64,000 nucleotides of DNA from an uncultured bacterium (GTDB lineage Bacteria > Krumholzibacteriota > Krumholzibacteriia > Krumholzibacteriales > WJIX01): assembly GCA_964488475.1 (NCBI GenBank), contig CAZAUK010000003.1, positions 46,592-110,591 of the forward strand, in the 5' to 3' direction. Both the position numbers and the translations under genes were made by a program. The notes beneath the pieces were generated by a model that had not been told where the DNA came from, ran no database searches, and worked only from the letters and a program-made list of their open reading frames with translations. Shown here one piece after another: positions 1 to 9,697 of this stretch. Position 1 is the first letter of the stretch. Each line of letters starts with the position of its first letter.

Positions 1-2
1 TG

Positions 3-209
3 GCGGTTGCGGAGGAGACCATAGACCAGGCTAATGAAGAAGTCAGGCTGGCGGAAGAGCGTTACCGGGTGGGCGCGGGAACGATGCTCGAGACCATCGA
101 AGCACACGTCGCTCTGACCACTGCCAAGGGGGATCTTATTCGGGCCAAATGTGACTATCTGGTCGCCAGGGCTGATCTTGAGAGGGCGACCGGGAAGATG
201 ACCAGGTAA
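3..209 (+). CDS. C-terminal fragment of a TolC-like outer membrane efflux protein; the 5' end lies outside the window
   Basis: The open frame runs from the window edge to TAA at 207-209 and ends ...[35 protein letters not shown], which resembles an OEP/TolC C-terminal helix. It sits directly upstream of the MacB-type ATPase and an HlyD-family protein. Confidence 0.55.
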   Translation, partial: AVAEETIDQANEEVRLAEERYRVGAGTMLETIEAHVALTTAKGDLIRAKCDYLVARADLERATGKMTR

Positions 210-231
210 AGGGGAAGGCAAGGAGCACGAA

Positions 232-912
232 ATGTTGATAATGGCAAGAGGGCTGAAGAAGATATATCAGGTCGGCGTTCAGAAGATAGAGGCGGTAGCG
301 GGCGTGGATGTGGATATAGAAGTCAATGAATATGTTTCTATAATGGGGCCTTCCGGTTCGGGCAAATCCACTTTGATGAATATCCTGGGATGCCTGGACA
401 CTCCCACAGAGGGAAGTTATTTCCTCAACGAATCAGAAGTCAGTAACATGAAAGACGACCAGCTCGCCCGTATAAGGAACAGGGAGATCGGATTTGTCTT
501 TCAGACCTTCAATCTCCTCCCCCGGGCCAGTTCGCTTCAGAACGTCGAGCTTCCTCTGGTTTACGCCGGCGTGCCGGCCAGAAAGAGAGCGGCCAGAGCG
601 ATGGAGGCTCTTGAGATGGTAGGGCTCGGCGACCGGGCCACTCACAGGCCCAACGAGCTTTCCGGGGGTCAGAGACAGAGAGTGGCGATCGCCCGGGCCC
701 TGGTTAACAGGCCGTCAATAATTCTGGCCGACGAGCCTACCGGAAATCTTGATAGCAGGACCGGCGAAGAGCTGATGGATGTTTTTAAGGATATACACGA
801 ATCGGGTAATACCATTATAATGGTCACCCACGAGGAGAGCGTGGCTGCTCATTCCCAAAGGATAATCCGGCTGCGCGACGGTATGATCGAGTCGGATGAC
901 ATTACCGGCTAA
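232..912 (+). CDS. ABC transporter ATP-binding protein, MacB/LolD type
   Basis: Walker [13 protein letters not shown] signature [15 protein letters not shown] and Walker [12 protein letters not shown] are present. The 226 aa length and context with an HlyD protein and FtsX permeases fit this call. Confidence 0.9.
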   Translation: MLIMARGLKKIYQVGVQKIEAVAGVDVDIEVNEYVSIMGPSGSGKSTLMNILGCLDTPTEGSYFLNESEVSNMKDDQLARIRNREIGFVFQTFNLLPRASSLQNVELPLVYAGVPARKRAARAMEALEMVGLGDRATHRPNELSGGQRQRVAIARALVNRPSIILADEPTGNLDSRTGEELMDVFKDIHESGNTIIMVTHEESVAAHSQRIIRLRDGMIESDDITG

Positions 913-1054
913 CTCATAATAATATGCACTTAGGGACTTGAGGCTCAGCCAGTAATCGACATATCAACCAGGCCAGAGCGAAAAAAAGGATGGGTAAGAC
1001 AATCAGGGTTCTTTTTATTCCGTAATTCGAAATCGTGTTTCGGCGGGAGGATTA

Positions 1055-2263
1055 ATGAAAAGGAAATACTGGATTTTATTGGGGGTGGCCGTGGTGGCGG
1101 CTGTACTGGTAATCGTTAATATAAGAGCCAGAAGGGGAAAGGCGGTCGATGTCCAGGTGGAAGAAGTTCAGAGGAGGGATCTATCGATGGTCATCTCCGC
1201 TTCCGGCAGCATCAGACCCAAGAGGCAGATCGATGTAAGTGCCAGCACCATCGGCAAGATAACCCGGGTCGCGGTGGAAGAGGGGGACCAGGTGGAGAAG
1301 GGGCAGTTCCTTCTGCAGATCGATCCCGAGGAGCTCAAATCAAGTGTGATGAGGATTCAGGCCGCGTTGGCGTCCGCCAGAGCGGCCAGAAAGCAGGCCG
1401 AATCACAGATGAAGCAGGAGAAAAAAAACCTGGAAAGGATGGAGAGACTCTACGAACAGGGATTTCGAACCGATGAAGACGTGGAATCAGCAATAACAGC
1501 CTACCAGGTGGCGGTTTCCAGCTTTGAAGCTGCTGAGCAGAGGGTGATTGAACAGAAAGCCCTTCTAAAGAGCGCCCGGCATAATCTCAAGGAGGTTACC
1601 ATCGAGGCGGGAATGGATGGAGTGGTGACCAGGCTCAACGTGGAGGAGGGTGAGACCGCGATAATGGGGACCATAAACAATCCAGGAACGGTTTTGATGA
1701 CCATCGCAGACCTTTCCAGAATAGAGGCGGAGGTCGAGGTGGACGAGACAGAAGTAGTCTATATAAAGATCGGGCACAGGGCCGAGGTAACCCTGGATGC
1801 TTTTCCTGATACAACCTATATAGGTGAGGTGACCGAAATAGGAAACAGCCCTATATTATCCTCCTCGGTGACCGGACAACAGGGAGTCGATTTCAAAGTG
1901 GTTATCACCATTACAGATACCATTCCGGACGTAAGACCGGGACTATCCGCTGACGCGGATATAGTGGTCGCGGAAAAAGACAGCGCGGTAAGTATTCCCA
2001 TACAGAGCCTTACAGTGAGGCGGAAAAAGCAACTGAATCTCGATTCAGCTGCCGGTTCGACTTTATCGAAAGACGGAGACGTGGAAGGGGTATTTGTCGT
2101 AAAAGAGGGTGAAGCTTTCTTCAGGCCCGTGGATATAGGCGTTTCCAGCAGCAGGTATTTCGAGGTCCTCTCAGGTCTGAAAGCGGGTGAGACGGTGGTA
2201 AGCGGTAATTACCGGGCTGTTCGGGAGCTGAAGGACGGCCAGAGGATCGATATAAAGAAATGA
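1055..2263 (+). CDS. HlyD/MacA-family periplasmic adaptor (membrane fusion protein)
   Basis: It has an N-terminal transmembrane anchor, coiled-coil segments and a C-terminal beta-domain with a lipoyl-like fold. It lies between the MacB-type ATPase and the permeases. Confidence 0.8.
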   Translation: MKRKYWILLGVAVVAAVLVIVNIRARRGKAVDVQVEEVQRRDLSMVISASGSIRPKRQIDVSASTIGKITRVAVEEGDQVEKGQFLLQIDPEELKSSVMRIQAALASARAARKQAESQMKQEKKNLERMERLYEQGFRTDEDVESAITAYQVAVSSFEAAEQRVIEQKALLKSARHNLKEVTIEAGMDGVVTRLNVEEGETAIMGTINNPGTVLMTIADLSRIEAEVEVDETEVVYIKIGHRAEVTLDAFPDTTYIGEVTEIGNSPILSSSVTGQQGVDFKVVITITDTIPDVRPGLSADADIVVAEKDSAVSIPIQSLTVRRKKQLNLDSAAGSTLSKDGDVEGVFVVKEGEAFFRPVDIGVSSSRYFEVLSGLKAGETVVSGNYRAVRELKDGQRIDIKK

Positions 2264-2327
2264 CTGTACCCTCCTTTTTTAGTTACAGTGTTTGTCTATA
2301 AGAACTTAAATTTTCAGGAAAGGCTGT

Positions 2328-3554
2328 ATGGCTGTCGAAGGTATACTGATAGCTCTCAGGGCACTGGTTGAGAACAAGCTGAGGACTTTTCTCACCCTGC
2401 TGGGAAATATAGTCGGCACCATGTCCGTGATCGCGGTCGTTTCCCTGATAGGAGGAATAGATGATTACATCAGGGAGGAGGTTGCCAGAGAGGGGAGTAA
2501 TGTTTTCACCATAGAAAGGATAAACTTCCTGGAAGCGATCACCGACCTCAGTGAGTTTCTGGACGCTCTGGCAAGGAATAAGACGATTCGGCTTGAGGAC
2601 GTGGAGAACATCAGGGAATCCGTACCATCGGCTTCTGTTGTGGGCGCCGCCATAAGCGGGACTGATCGAATATCATACAGGAATGAGGGGGTCGCCGGAA
2701 TAAGAATACGCGGAAGGTCCAGCGAATACCCGCTTCTGGAGAACACCAGCCTTTTCTCCGGAAGGCACATATCACGCCTGGAGGTGGAGCGAAGCAACAA
2801 GGTGGCGGTCATTGGATGGGATATATACACCAGGCTGTTTGAAAACCGAAGCCCGTTGGGTCAGACCATGAAAATAGGTGATGAACACTATCGGGTCATC
2901 GGAGTGATAGAGGATCAGGGGACTGTTTTCGGAGAATCCCGTAACCGCTTCGTATTTATTCCGATTACCAGATTCCTCAAGAAGTACGGATCCAGAAGGT
3001 CGATAGGCATAAAGGTCAAGGCGGAGGATGTCTCACTTCTTGAGAGGGCCGTGGATGAGGCGACCATAGCGATGAGGATAAGGCACCGGCTTCGGCCGAC
3101 CGAAGAGGATGATTTCAGTATATCGACCTCCAAGCAGCTGGTTTCGCTCTGGAAGAACATATCCGGATCTATATTCAAAGCGCTCATATTCCTGGTCTCG
3201 ATAGCACTGGTGGTAGGGGGAATAGTACTGATGAACGTAATGCTGGTATCGGTTACCGAGAGGACCAGGGAAGTAGGTATCAGAAAGGCGCTTGGCGCGA
3301 GGCGCGTCAACATAGTCTGGCAGTTCATAGTGGAATCTGTAACGCTGTCACTGGTGGGAGGCGTTATAGGCATAGTTATAGGGTTCACCATAGCCGCGAT
3401 TATCTCGATATTGTCCCCACTGCCCTATATAATCGCGCCCTGGTCCATCTTCGCCGGCCTGGCCGTGACCTTTATTATTGGAATTATATTCGGGACCTAT
3501 CCGGCCGGGAAAGCGGCAAAACTCGATCCGGTGGAGGCTCTTCATTATGAATAG
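2328..3554 (+). CDS. ABC transporter permease, FtsX/MacB family
   Basis: A 408 aa protein with a large periplasmic loop after the first transmembrane helix and a C-terminal FtsX-type four-helix bundle ending ...DPVEALHYE. Confidence 0.8.
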   Translation: MAVEGILIALRALVENKLRTFLTLLGNIVGTMSVIAVVSLIGGIDDYIREEVAREGSNVFTIERINFLEAITDLSEFLDALARNKTIRLEDVENIRESVPSASVVGAAISGTDRISYRNEGVAGIRIRGRSSEYPLLENTSLFSGRHISRLEVERSNKVAVIGWDIYTRLFENRSPLGQTMKIGDEHYRVIGVIEDQGTVFGESRNRFVFIPITRFLKKYGSRRSIGIKVKAEDVSLLERAVDEATIAMRIRHRLRPTEEDDFSISTSKQLVSLWKNISGSIFKALIFLVSIALVVGGIVLMNVMLVSVTERTREVGIRKALGARRVNIVWQFIVESVTLSLVGGVIGIVIGFTIAAIISILSPLPYIIAPWSIFAGLAVTFIIGIIFGTYPAGKAAKLDPVEALHYE

Positions 3555-3565
3555 GCGGAAGTGAA

Positions 3566-4858
3566 TTGGAAATGAACCGGAAAATAAACGATTACCGGGC
3601 CGGAAAGGGCGATGCTCACCGGGGCAAGCAGATATGGCTGGCCAACTTCATGCAGGCCCTGGAGGTGATAAGGACTCACAAGATGCGTTCCGGGCTTCTC
3701 ATAGTGGGAGTTGCGATAGGGGTAACGACCGTGCTGGCGATAGTCACGGTCATGTCGGGTCTGGGAAAGAGGGTGCAGCAGGATATAGTCTCGGTAAACA
3801 AGCCCTACCTTCTCATCAGCAGGTTCGATCCCTTTTCCGACGCCCGTGACAGAAGGGATCTTCTCAGAAGAGAGAAGCTGTCCAGCCGGGATGCCCGGGC
3901 TATCGAGGAAAAATGCCAGACGGCCGACCGGGTCGACCTTCAGATAAGCTCGGAAGGCAGGATGAGCGTTCTTCGTTTCGGTAACCAGAGAACAGATCTT
4001 ATTCAGATAGTGGGAGCGACTCACAGCTTCGGGGAGATGTTCAGTTTCTCAATAGAGCGGGGAAGGTTCTTTACCCAGTTCGAGCAGGATCACAGGACCA
4101 GGGTCATCGTACTTGGATTCGGCCCTGCCGAGGATCTTTTTCCCCTCAGGGATCCGATAGGCAAACGAATAAAGATCGGCAATAATCGATACGAGGTGGT
4201 AGGGACGATGGAGTCCAGGGAAAATATAATGGGAAGTATAACGGATAATTACGCTGTTATTCCTTACACCACTTTCGAGAAGGACCGCTCCAGCGAGACA
4301 GGCGCCTACCAGATAGCTGTTACGATTCGCGGCGGCTATACTCTCGAGGAGGGCAGGGAAGAGATAGCGGCCCTGCTCAGGAAAAGGCGGGGGGTGAAAC
4401 CCGGCGAGGAGGATAATTTTCACATCACCACCTCGGATACCTTCAGGGAGATGATAGGAAATATAACCAGGTATATAGGACTGATTCTCGTCGTAATATC
4501 ATCTATCGGTCTGATGGTGGGAGGAATAGGAGTGATGAACATAATGTTGATCTCGGTAACCGAAAGGACCAGGGAGGTCGGTATAAGGATGGCTATGGGC
4601 GCCAAGAAGACCGATATAATGCAGCAGTTTCTGATAGAAGCGGCTACTCTTACCGGAACAGGGGGAATCATCGGAATAGTTCTGGGGCTCTTCGCCGCGC
4701 AGGGAGTATCCAAGCTGATAAGTTTTCCCTATTCTGTTCCGGCATTCTGGATAGTCCTCGCTTTCCTGTTTTCCGCTTCAATCGGACTGATATTCGGCCT
4801 CTACCCGGCCAACAGGGCCGCTGATATGGATCCGATTGTCGCGCTTCGCTATGAATGA
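3566..4858 (+). CDS. ABC transporter permease, FtsX/MacB family (second copy)
   Basis: A 430 aa paralogue of the previous gene with the same architecture, ending ...DPIVALRYE. Confidence 0.8.
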   Translation: MEMNRKINDYRAGKGDAHRGKQIWLANFMQALEVIRTHKMRSGLLIVGVAIGVTTVLAIVTVMSGLGKRVQQDIVSVNKPYLLISRFDPFSDARDRRDLLRREKLSSRDARAIEEKCQTADRVDLQISSEGRMSVLRFGNQRTDLIQIVGATHSFGEMFSFSIERGRFFTQFEQDHRTRVIVLGFGPAEDLFPLRDPIGKRIKIGNNRYEVVGTMESRENIMGSITDNYAVIPYTTFEKDRSSETGAYQIAVTIRGGYTLEEGREEIAALLRKRRGVKPGEEDNFHITTSDTFREMIGNITRYIGLILVVISSIGLMVGGIGVMNIMLISVTERTREVGIRMAMGAKKTDIMQQFLIEAATLTGTGGIIGIVLGLFAAQGVSKLISFPYSVPAFWIVLAFLFSASIGLIFGLYPANRAADMDPIVALRYE

Positions 4859-4955
4859 CATTTCCGGCTATAGCTTCGATGACGGTAATTCATCGTTGCC
4901 GTACCGGTCTTCCGGCGGTATACTGGTACAGATCCGTAAATCCGAGGTCTTTTGT

Positions 4956-6287
4956 ATGATTAGGTCTATGTGTAAGTATATCACGAAGATAGCAGTTTTG
5001 GTCTCCCTGGTTGCGGGCGGCTTATCGAATTCACCGGGGGTGATCTCGGCCCAGCCGTATTCCCAGGCCAAACCGTTCGAGCTCAGCCTGTCCTATGAAT
5101 ATGACGATTCTGGAAAGGTTTACATGGACCTGGGAATAGCAATAGAGTATAACAGGCTGGTATTTTTCAGGAAAGAGGATCTGTTCAGAGCCCAGTACAG
5201 GATTATAATGCAGGCTTTCGATGATGATTCCGGCAGACTGGAGAATGGAAATGTATGGGGCGAGGTCGTTTATTCTTCCGATTACAGTGAGACCAGAAGT
5301 TCCGGCAGGATTTCCGAAACAAGGAAAAAAGTCTTTCTGGATCCAGGCAAGTATAAGGTGCAGGTTAAGATAGAGGTGGAAGGAACCACGATAGAGTACC
5401 GGCGCGAGAGCCGAATGGAAATACCAGGCGAAGTATCGGGAGCCGCGTTTCTTTCAGAACCGGTCTTTTCTACCCCGAAGGTTTCAAGACTGGGTGAAAA
5501 ACCCCCTTGGGGAGAGATCAGATTTTCTCTCTGCAGTACGAGAGTATCCAGTGGTTTCAGGCTGAACTCGAGCGGAACATACGCTGATTTCGATTCCTGG
5601 CTCAGAGTTACATGCACACTTTCACTGCCGCTCTCCGAAGAGGAAAGGAGTGAGGGGCTGGTGTCGATGAAAATAACAGACCGGGACAGGGAGATAGTAT
5701 TATACAACCGAAAGTCAGCGCCGGTGGGTGACAGGGGCGCCTCGATGTTATGCGTGGATATTAATGTCGATTCGATGCAGATCGGAAATTACACCCTCAG
5801 GATGAGCGCAAAGAGCCCGGAATCGGAAAAGAGGCATGAGATCAAGAAAGATTTCACCGTGGTTCTGAACAGCGCTTCCATGGGAAAGGATTTCGATGAA
5901 ACAGTAGAGCTCCTCGCACTGATCGCCAGCGGTGAAGCGCTTGATTTTCTGGAAAACGCTTCTTCCGATCGAAGAGTGGAGGCCTGGAATGAATTGTGGG
6001 ACAGTTACGCCGGAACGCCCGATCTTAACAATTACGGGAAAGGGGAGTTTATTGAAAACGTAGCCTACGCTATAAAGGAATTTTCCGGCGCTGTTGCTGG
6101 ATGGAAGAGCGACATGGGAAGGATATTCATAAAAAACGGCAAGCCCGAAAGGGTCGAAGAGAGGCAAGGCGGCAGGTATGGAACATATTATAAGTTGTGG
6201 TATTATTATTCAAAGGGTATGGTCTACATTTTTTCCGACAGGTTCGGCACTGGAGAGTACAGGCTGGTCTCTTCCAGGCCCATTTAA
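4956..6287 (+). CDS. Secreted GWxTD-domain protein of unknown function
   Basis: It has a signal peptide (MIRSMCKYITKIAVLVSLVAGG). The C-terminus carries GWKSDMGRIFIKNGKPERVEE...YYKLWYYYSKGMVYIFSDRFGTGEYRLVS, which resembles the GWxTD domain signature (TIGR04514). The start was taken at the ATG at 4956 because the upstream portion of the ORF overlaps the permease. Confidence 0.5.
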   Translation: MIRSMCKYITKIAVLVSLVAGGLSNSPGVISAQPYSQAKPFELSLSYEYDDSGKVYMDLGIAIEYNRLVFFRKEDLFRAQYRIIMQAFDDDSGRLENGNVWGEVVYSSDYSETRSSGRISETRKKVFLDPGKYKVQVKIEVEGTTIEYRRESRMEIPGEVSGAAFLSEPVFSTPKVSRLGEKPPWGEIRFSLCSTRVSSGFRLNSSGTYADFDSWLRVTCTLSLPLSEEERSEGLVSMKITDRDREIVLYNRKSAPVGDRGASMLCVDINVDSMQIGNYTLRMSAKSPESEKRHEIKKDFTVVLNSASMGKDFDETVELLALIASGEALDFLENASSDRRVEAWNELWDSYAGTPDLNNYGKGEFIENVAYAIKEFSGAVAGWKSDMGRIFIKNGKPERVEERQGGRYGTYYKLWYYYSKGMVYIFSDRFGTGEYRLVSSRPI

Positions 6288-6294
6288 ACGATAA

Positions 6295-7860
6295 ATGAGA
6301 TTCCGAGGCATAAGAACCTTTTTGATATCGATCATTCCGGTCCTGCTGGTTCCGGCCTGCTCCGGCGAAGGCCCTCCTCCCTTTTTAAGAATGGCTATGG
6401 AGACCGAACCATCCACCCTGGATCCGGTCGCGGCAGTTGACTATTCTTCCGGAATGATAACATCACTGATCCATTCCAACCTGGTGAGGATAGATTCGAA
6501 TGGCCGAATCACCCCGGACGCCGCGGAAAGCTGGAAGCTCTCGAATGACGGCCTGACTTACCGGTTTAATCTTGGAGTTTCACGCTTTTCCAACGGCAGA
6601 AGGTTAGTGGCGGATGATGTTCTATATTCCTTCAGGCGTCTTATTTCACCCGGTTCGCTTTCTTCCAGATGGTGGGTGCTGGAACCCCTGAAAGGAGCGG
6701 CTTCTTTTAATTCGGGCGGACAGTGGAATCCTGAGGCCGTGGAAGTGGTTGATGATTCGACGGTTATAATCGGTCTTGAAAAGCCCGCCGCGCACTTTCT
6801 AAGTCTCCTTTCCATGCCGTCGGCGGGGATAGTATGCCGCGAAGAGGTGGAAAAACAGGATAGAGCTTACGGAAGGCAGCCCTGCGGCAGCGGACCCTGG
6901 ATGCTGGGAAGATGGACCCGCGGGGAGAGCATATTTCTTCAGCCCAATCCGTATTTCTCCGGTGAGGAGCCTGAGATAGAAGGAATATCGATCAGATTCT
7001 TGCCGGTAGCTATGACCAGGATCGCCGAATTCGAGGTGGGAAACCTGGATATACTGGATATACCCGAAGCCGAGCTGAACAGATGGCGCAGCGGCGCAGC
7101 GGTACTCAAAGAGACTGAAGAACTGAGGGCAGTGTATATCGGCCTTAATGTAGAAAGAAAACCCTTTGATGATCCACTGGTAAGAAGGGCGCTGAACCTG
7201 GCGGTCGACGTGGAGGCGATAATAGCCCGGGTACTGTTCGGCGCGGCCTTAAAGGCTAAAGGTGTCATGCCTCCGGGTCTCAGAGAGGGGGCGGCTGCCC
7301 CGAATCCCTACGGGTACGATCCGGAAGAAGCCAGAAAACTTCTATTGAGGGCTGGGCTGGAAGGGGGATTCTCCATGGAAATCTGGCAGAGAGAGAGCCC
7401 GGAAGGAGGAAGGATACTTCAGAGTGTCCAGGCCTACCTGGGGGAGGTGGGAATAGAGGCCAGGCTGGTCACCAGGGACTGGAGCGCTTTCAAGGAGGCT
7501 GTTAACCACCGAACGCCTGACGCTTTCTACCTGGACTGGTTCGCCGATTATCCCGATCCGGAGAATTTCATAGCCCCCCTGTTTCATTCATCCAACACCG
7601 GAGGTGGTGGAAACAGGACGGGATATTCGAATAGAAGGGTCGATTCGCTGGTGGAGGCGGCTTCCACGCTTACCGGCGAGGAAAGGCTGGAGCTTCTGCT
7701 CCAGGCCGAGAGAATAATCTATAGAGACGCCCCCTGGATATTTCTGTGGTTTCCAAAGAGGTACGAAGCGGTATCCGGCAGGTTGAAGGGTTATGAAATC
7801 CCGCTGATATTCAACGGGCAGCGCTATCTTGACGTTCACTTCCAGAAGGATAGATTATAA
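6295..7860 (+). CDS. ABC transporter substrate-binding protein, family 5 (peptide/nickel, DppA/OppA-like)
   Basis: A 521 aa protein with a lipoprotein-type signal (LVPACSG) and SBP_bac_5-like motifs. It is followed by DppB and DppC-like permeases. Confidence 0.8.
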   Translation: MRFRGIRTFLISIIPVLLVPACSGEGPPPFLRMAMETEPSTLDPVAAVDYSSGMITSLIHSNLVRIDSNGRITPDAAESWKLSNDGLTYRFNLGVSRFSNGRRLVADDVLYSFRRLISPGSLSSRWWVLEPLKGAASFNSGGQWNPEAVEVVDDSTVIIGLEKPAAHFLSLLSMPSAGIVCREEVEKQDRAYGRQPCGSGPWMLGRWTRGESIFLQPNPYFSGEEPEIEGISIRFLPVAMTRIAEFEVGNLDILDIPEAELNRWRSGAAVLKETEELRAVYIGLNVERKPFDDPLVRRALNLAVDVEAIIARVLFGAALKAKGVMPPGLREGAAAPNPYGYDPEEARKLLLRAGLEGGFSMEIWQRESPEGGRILQSVQAYLGEVGIEARLVTRDWSAFKEAVNHRTPDAFYLDWFADYPDPENFIAPLFHSSNTGGGGNRTGYSNRRVDSLVEAASTLTGEERLELLLQAERIIYRDAPWIFLWFPKRYEAVSGRLKGYEIPLIFNGQRYLDVHFQKDRL

Positions 7861-8799
7861 ATGCTGCGGTTTGTCAGAAAAAGGCTGCTACAGCTCTTTC
7901 CGATACTTCTGGGGGTTGTTACCGTCACTTTCCTGATAATGTACGTAGTGCCCGGCGATCCGGTCCTTTCACTGGTCGGAGAGAGGTACGATGAAGATAC
8001 CATAAACCGGTTGAGAAGGGAACTGGGCCTGGATAAGCCGCTTTACCTTCAGTATCTGGATTACCTGGCCCGTGTTCTGAAACTTGATTTCGGCAGGTCT
8101 TTCGTCTCCGGCCGGCCGGTGCTCGATTCGATAAAGGAGTATTTTCCCAGAACCCTGCTACTTGCTTTCACCTCCATGGCGATAGCGACCGTGTTCGGCC
8201 TGGCCATTGGTGCCGTATCGTCTCTGGAACGGTTCAGGAGGCTGGGCCGTTTCCTGATGACTTTTTCTTTGGTGGGGGTGTCTATACCGGTATTCTGGCT
8301 GGGTCTTATCCTGATATACCTCTTTTCCATAAAGCTGTCCGTTCTGCCTCCTTCCGGGTACGGAAACGGTTCCCTGAGATATCTGGCGCTTCCCGCGGTA
8401 ACTCTTTCCTTCGCTTCGATGGCTACGGTGGCGAGGGTCTCACGCTCGAGTTTTCTGGAGATCGCTTCAGAGGATTTTGCCAGGACCGCCAGGGCCAAGG
8501 GCCTGAATGAAATGGTGGTTTACGGGAAGCATCTTTTCAGGAACGCGCTCATTCCGGTGGTGACCATAGTGGGAACTGATTTTGGAAGTTATCTCAGCGG
8601 CTCCGTGCTTACCGAATCCATTTTCGGCTGGCCGGGGCTGGGGCGACACATAGTGCAGGCGATACTGAAGAGGGATTTTCCGGTCATTCAGGGGGCGGTG
8701 CTTTTTATGGCGGTCCTTTTTGTAGCTGTAAACCTGATAGTTGACATAAGTTACGTATTAATTGACCCGAGAGTCAGAATAGACGAAAAAAAGGGGTGA
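7861..8799 (+). CDS. ABC transporter permease, DppB/OppB-like
   Basis: A 312 aa protein with six transmembrane helices and the BPD_transp_1 EAA-like loop (ASEDFARTARAKGLNEMVVYGKHLFRNALIPVVT). Confidence 0.85.
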   Translation: MLRFVRKRLLQLFPILLGVVTVTFLIMYVVPGDPVLSLVGERYDEDTINRLRRELGLDKPLYLQYLDYLARVLKLDFGRSFVSGRPVLDSIKEYFPRTLLLAFTSMAIATVFGLAIGAVSSLERFRRLGRFLMTFSLVGVSIPVFWLGLILIYLFSIKLSVLPPSGYGNGSLRYLALPAVTLSFASMATVARVSRSSFLEIASEDFARTARAKGLNEMVVYGKHLFRNALIPVVTIVGTDFGSYLSGSVLTESIFGWPGLGRHIVQAILKRDFPVIQGAVLFMAVLFVAVNLIVDISYVLIDPRVRIDEKKG

Positions 8800-8860
8800 A
8801 TTTGAGCTGAGCGAGACAGTCCGAATAACTAGGGGATTCTTCAGAAACCGGACGGCCGCT

Positions 8861-9697
8861 GTGTCCCTGTTTATCCTGGTAATTATAGTCGCGGGCGCTC
8901 TGGCCGCCGACCTGATAGCGCCCGCTTCGCGCCAGATGATAGACCTTGATAATTCCCTGAAGGCTCCGTCACTTTCCCATCCTTTCGGGACCGATTCTTT
9001 TGGAAGGGATCTCTTCACCAGGGTGGTGAGGGGATCCAGAATCTCCCTTTCCGTGGGATTTGTGGCCAGGACGATATCCCTTTTGATCGGAATGATTCTT
9101 GGGGTGATATCGGGATTTTACGGGGGAAGGGTCGATTCTGTGATTATGAGGCTCGCCGATATAACGTTCGCGTTTCCCACCCTGCTTCTTCTGGTGGCTA
9201 TCATGGCCGTGGTGACTCCTGGAATGATGACCCTTTTCACTGTCCTGGGGGTGGTCGGCTGGGCCGCGGTCGCCAGGCTGGTGAGGGCCCAGGTCCTGGC
9301 CGTAAGAGAGAGGGAATACGTGCAGGCGGCAAGGTCTTCAGGGACGGGAACCCTTTCACTGATCATGCGCCACATTCTGCCCCAGTGCGTTTCACCGGTG
9401 ATAGTGGTTTACACCATGGGCCTTGGTATGACTATAATGGCGGAGGCGAGTCTCAGTTTTCTGGGTTTGGGGGTCCAACCACCGGTTCCCAGCTGGGGAA
9501 GGATGATATCAGACGGTATAATCTTCATGAGGACCGCCTGGTGGCTTACCATATTCCCCGGATTCATACTGACCTTGACAGTATGTTCGCTGAACCTTGT
9601 GGGAGACGGACTCAGGGACGCGCTTGACCCCAGAAGCGCCGGCCCTAAGCGCAGCCGAAGCCGCGGCGGCGTGAGAGTGATCAGAGATGAGTTTTGA
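8861..9697 (+). CDS. ABC transporter permease, DppC/OppC-like; the true start is probably upstream and non-canonical
   Basis: The frame is open from 8783 and encodes a conserved DppC-type N-terminus (ITRGFFRNRTAAVSLFILVIIVAGALAADLIAP) before the first in-frame GTG at 8861. No ATG/GTG/TTG occurs between 8783 and 8861. The permease EAA loop is present. Confidence 0.75.
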   Translation: MSLFILVIIVAGALAADLIAPASRQMIDLDNSLKAPSLSHPFGTDSFGRDLFTRVVRGSRISLSVGFVARTISLLIGMILGVISGFYGGRVDSVIMRLADITFAFPTLLLLVAIMAVVTPGMMTLFTVLGVVGWAAVARLVRAQVLAVREREYVQAARSSGTGTLSLIMRHILPQCVSPVIVVYTMGLGMTIMAEASLSFLGLGVQPPVPSWGRMISDGIIFMRTAWWLTIFPGFILTLTVCSLNLVGDGLRDALDPRSAGPKRSRSRGGVRVIRDEF

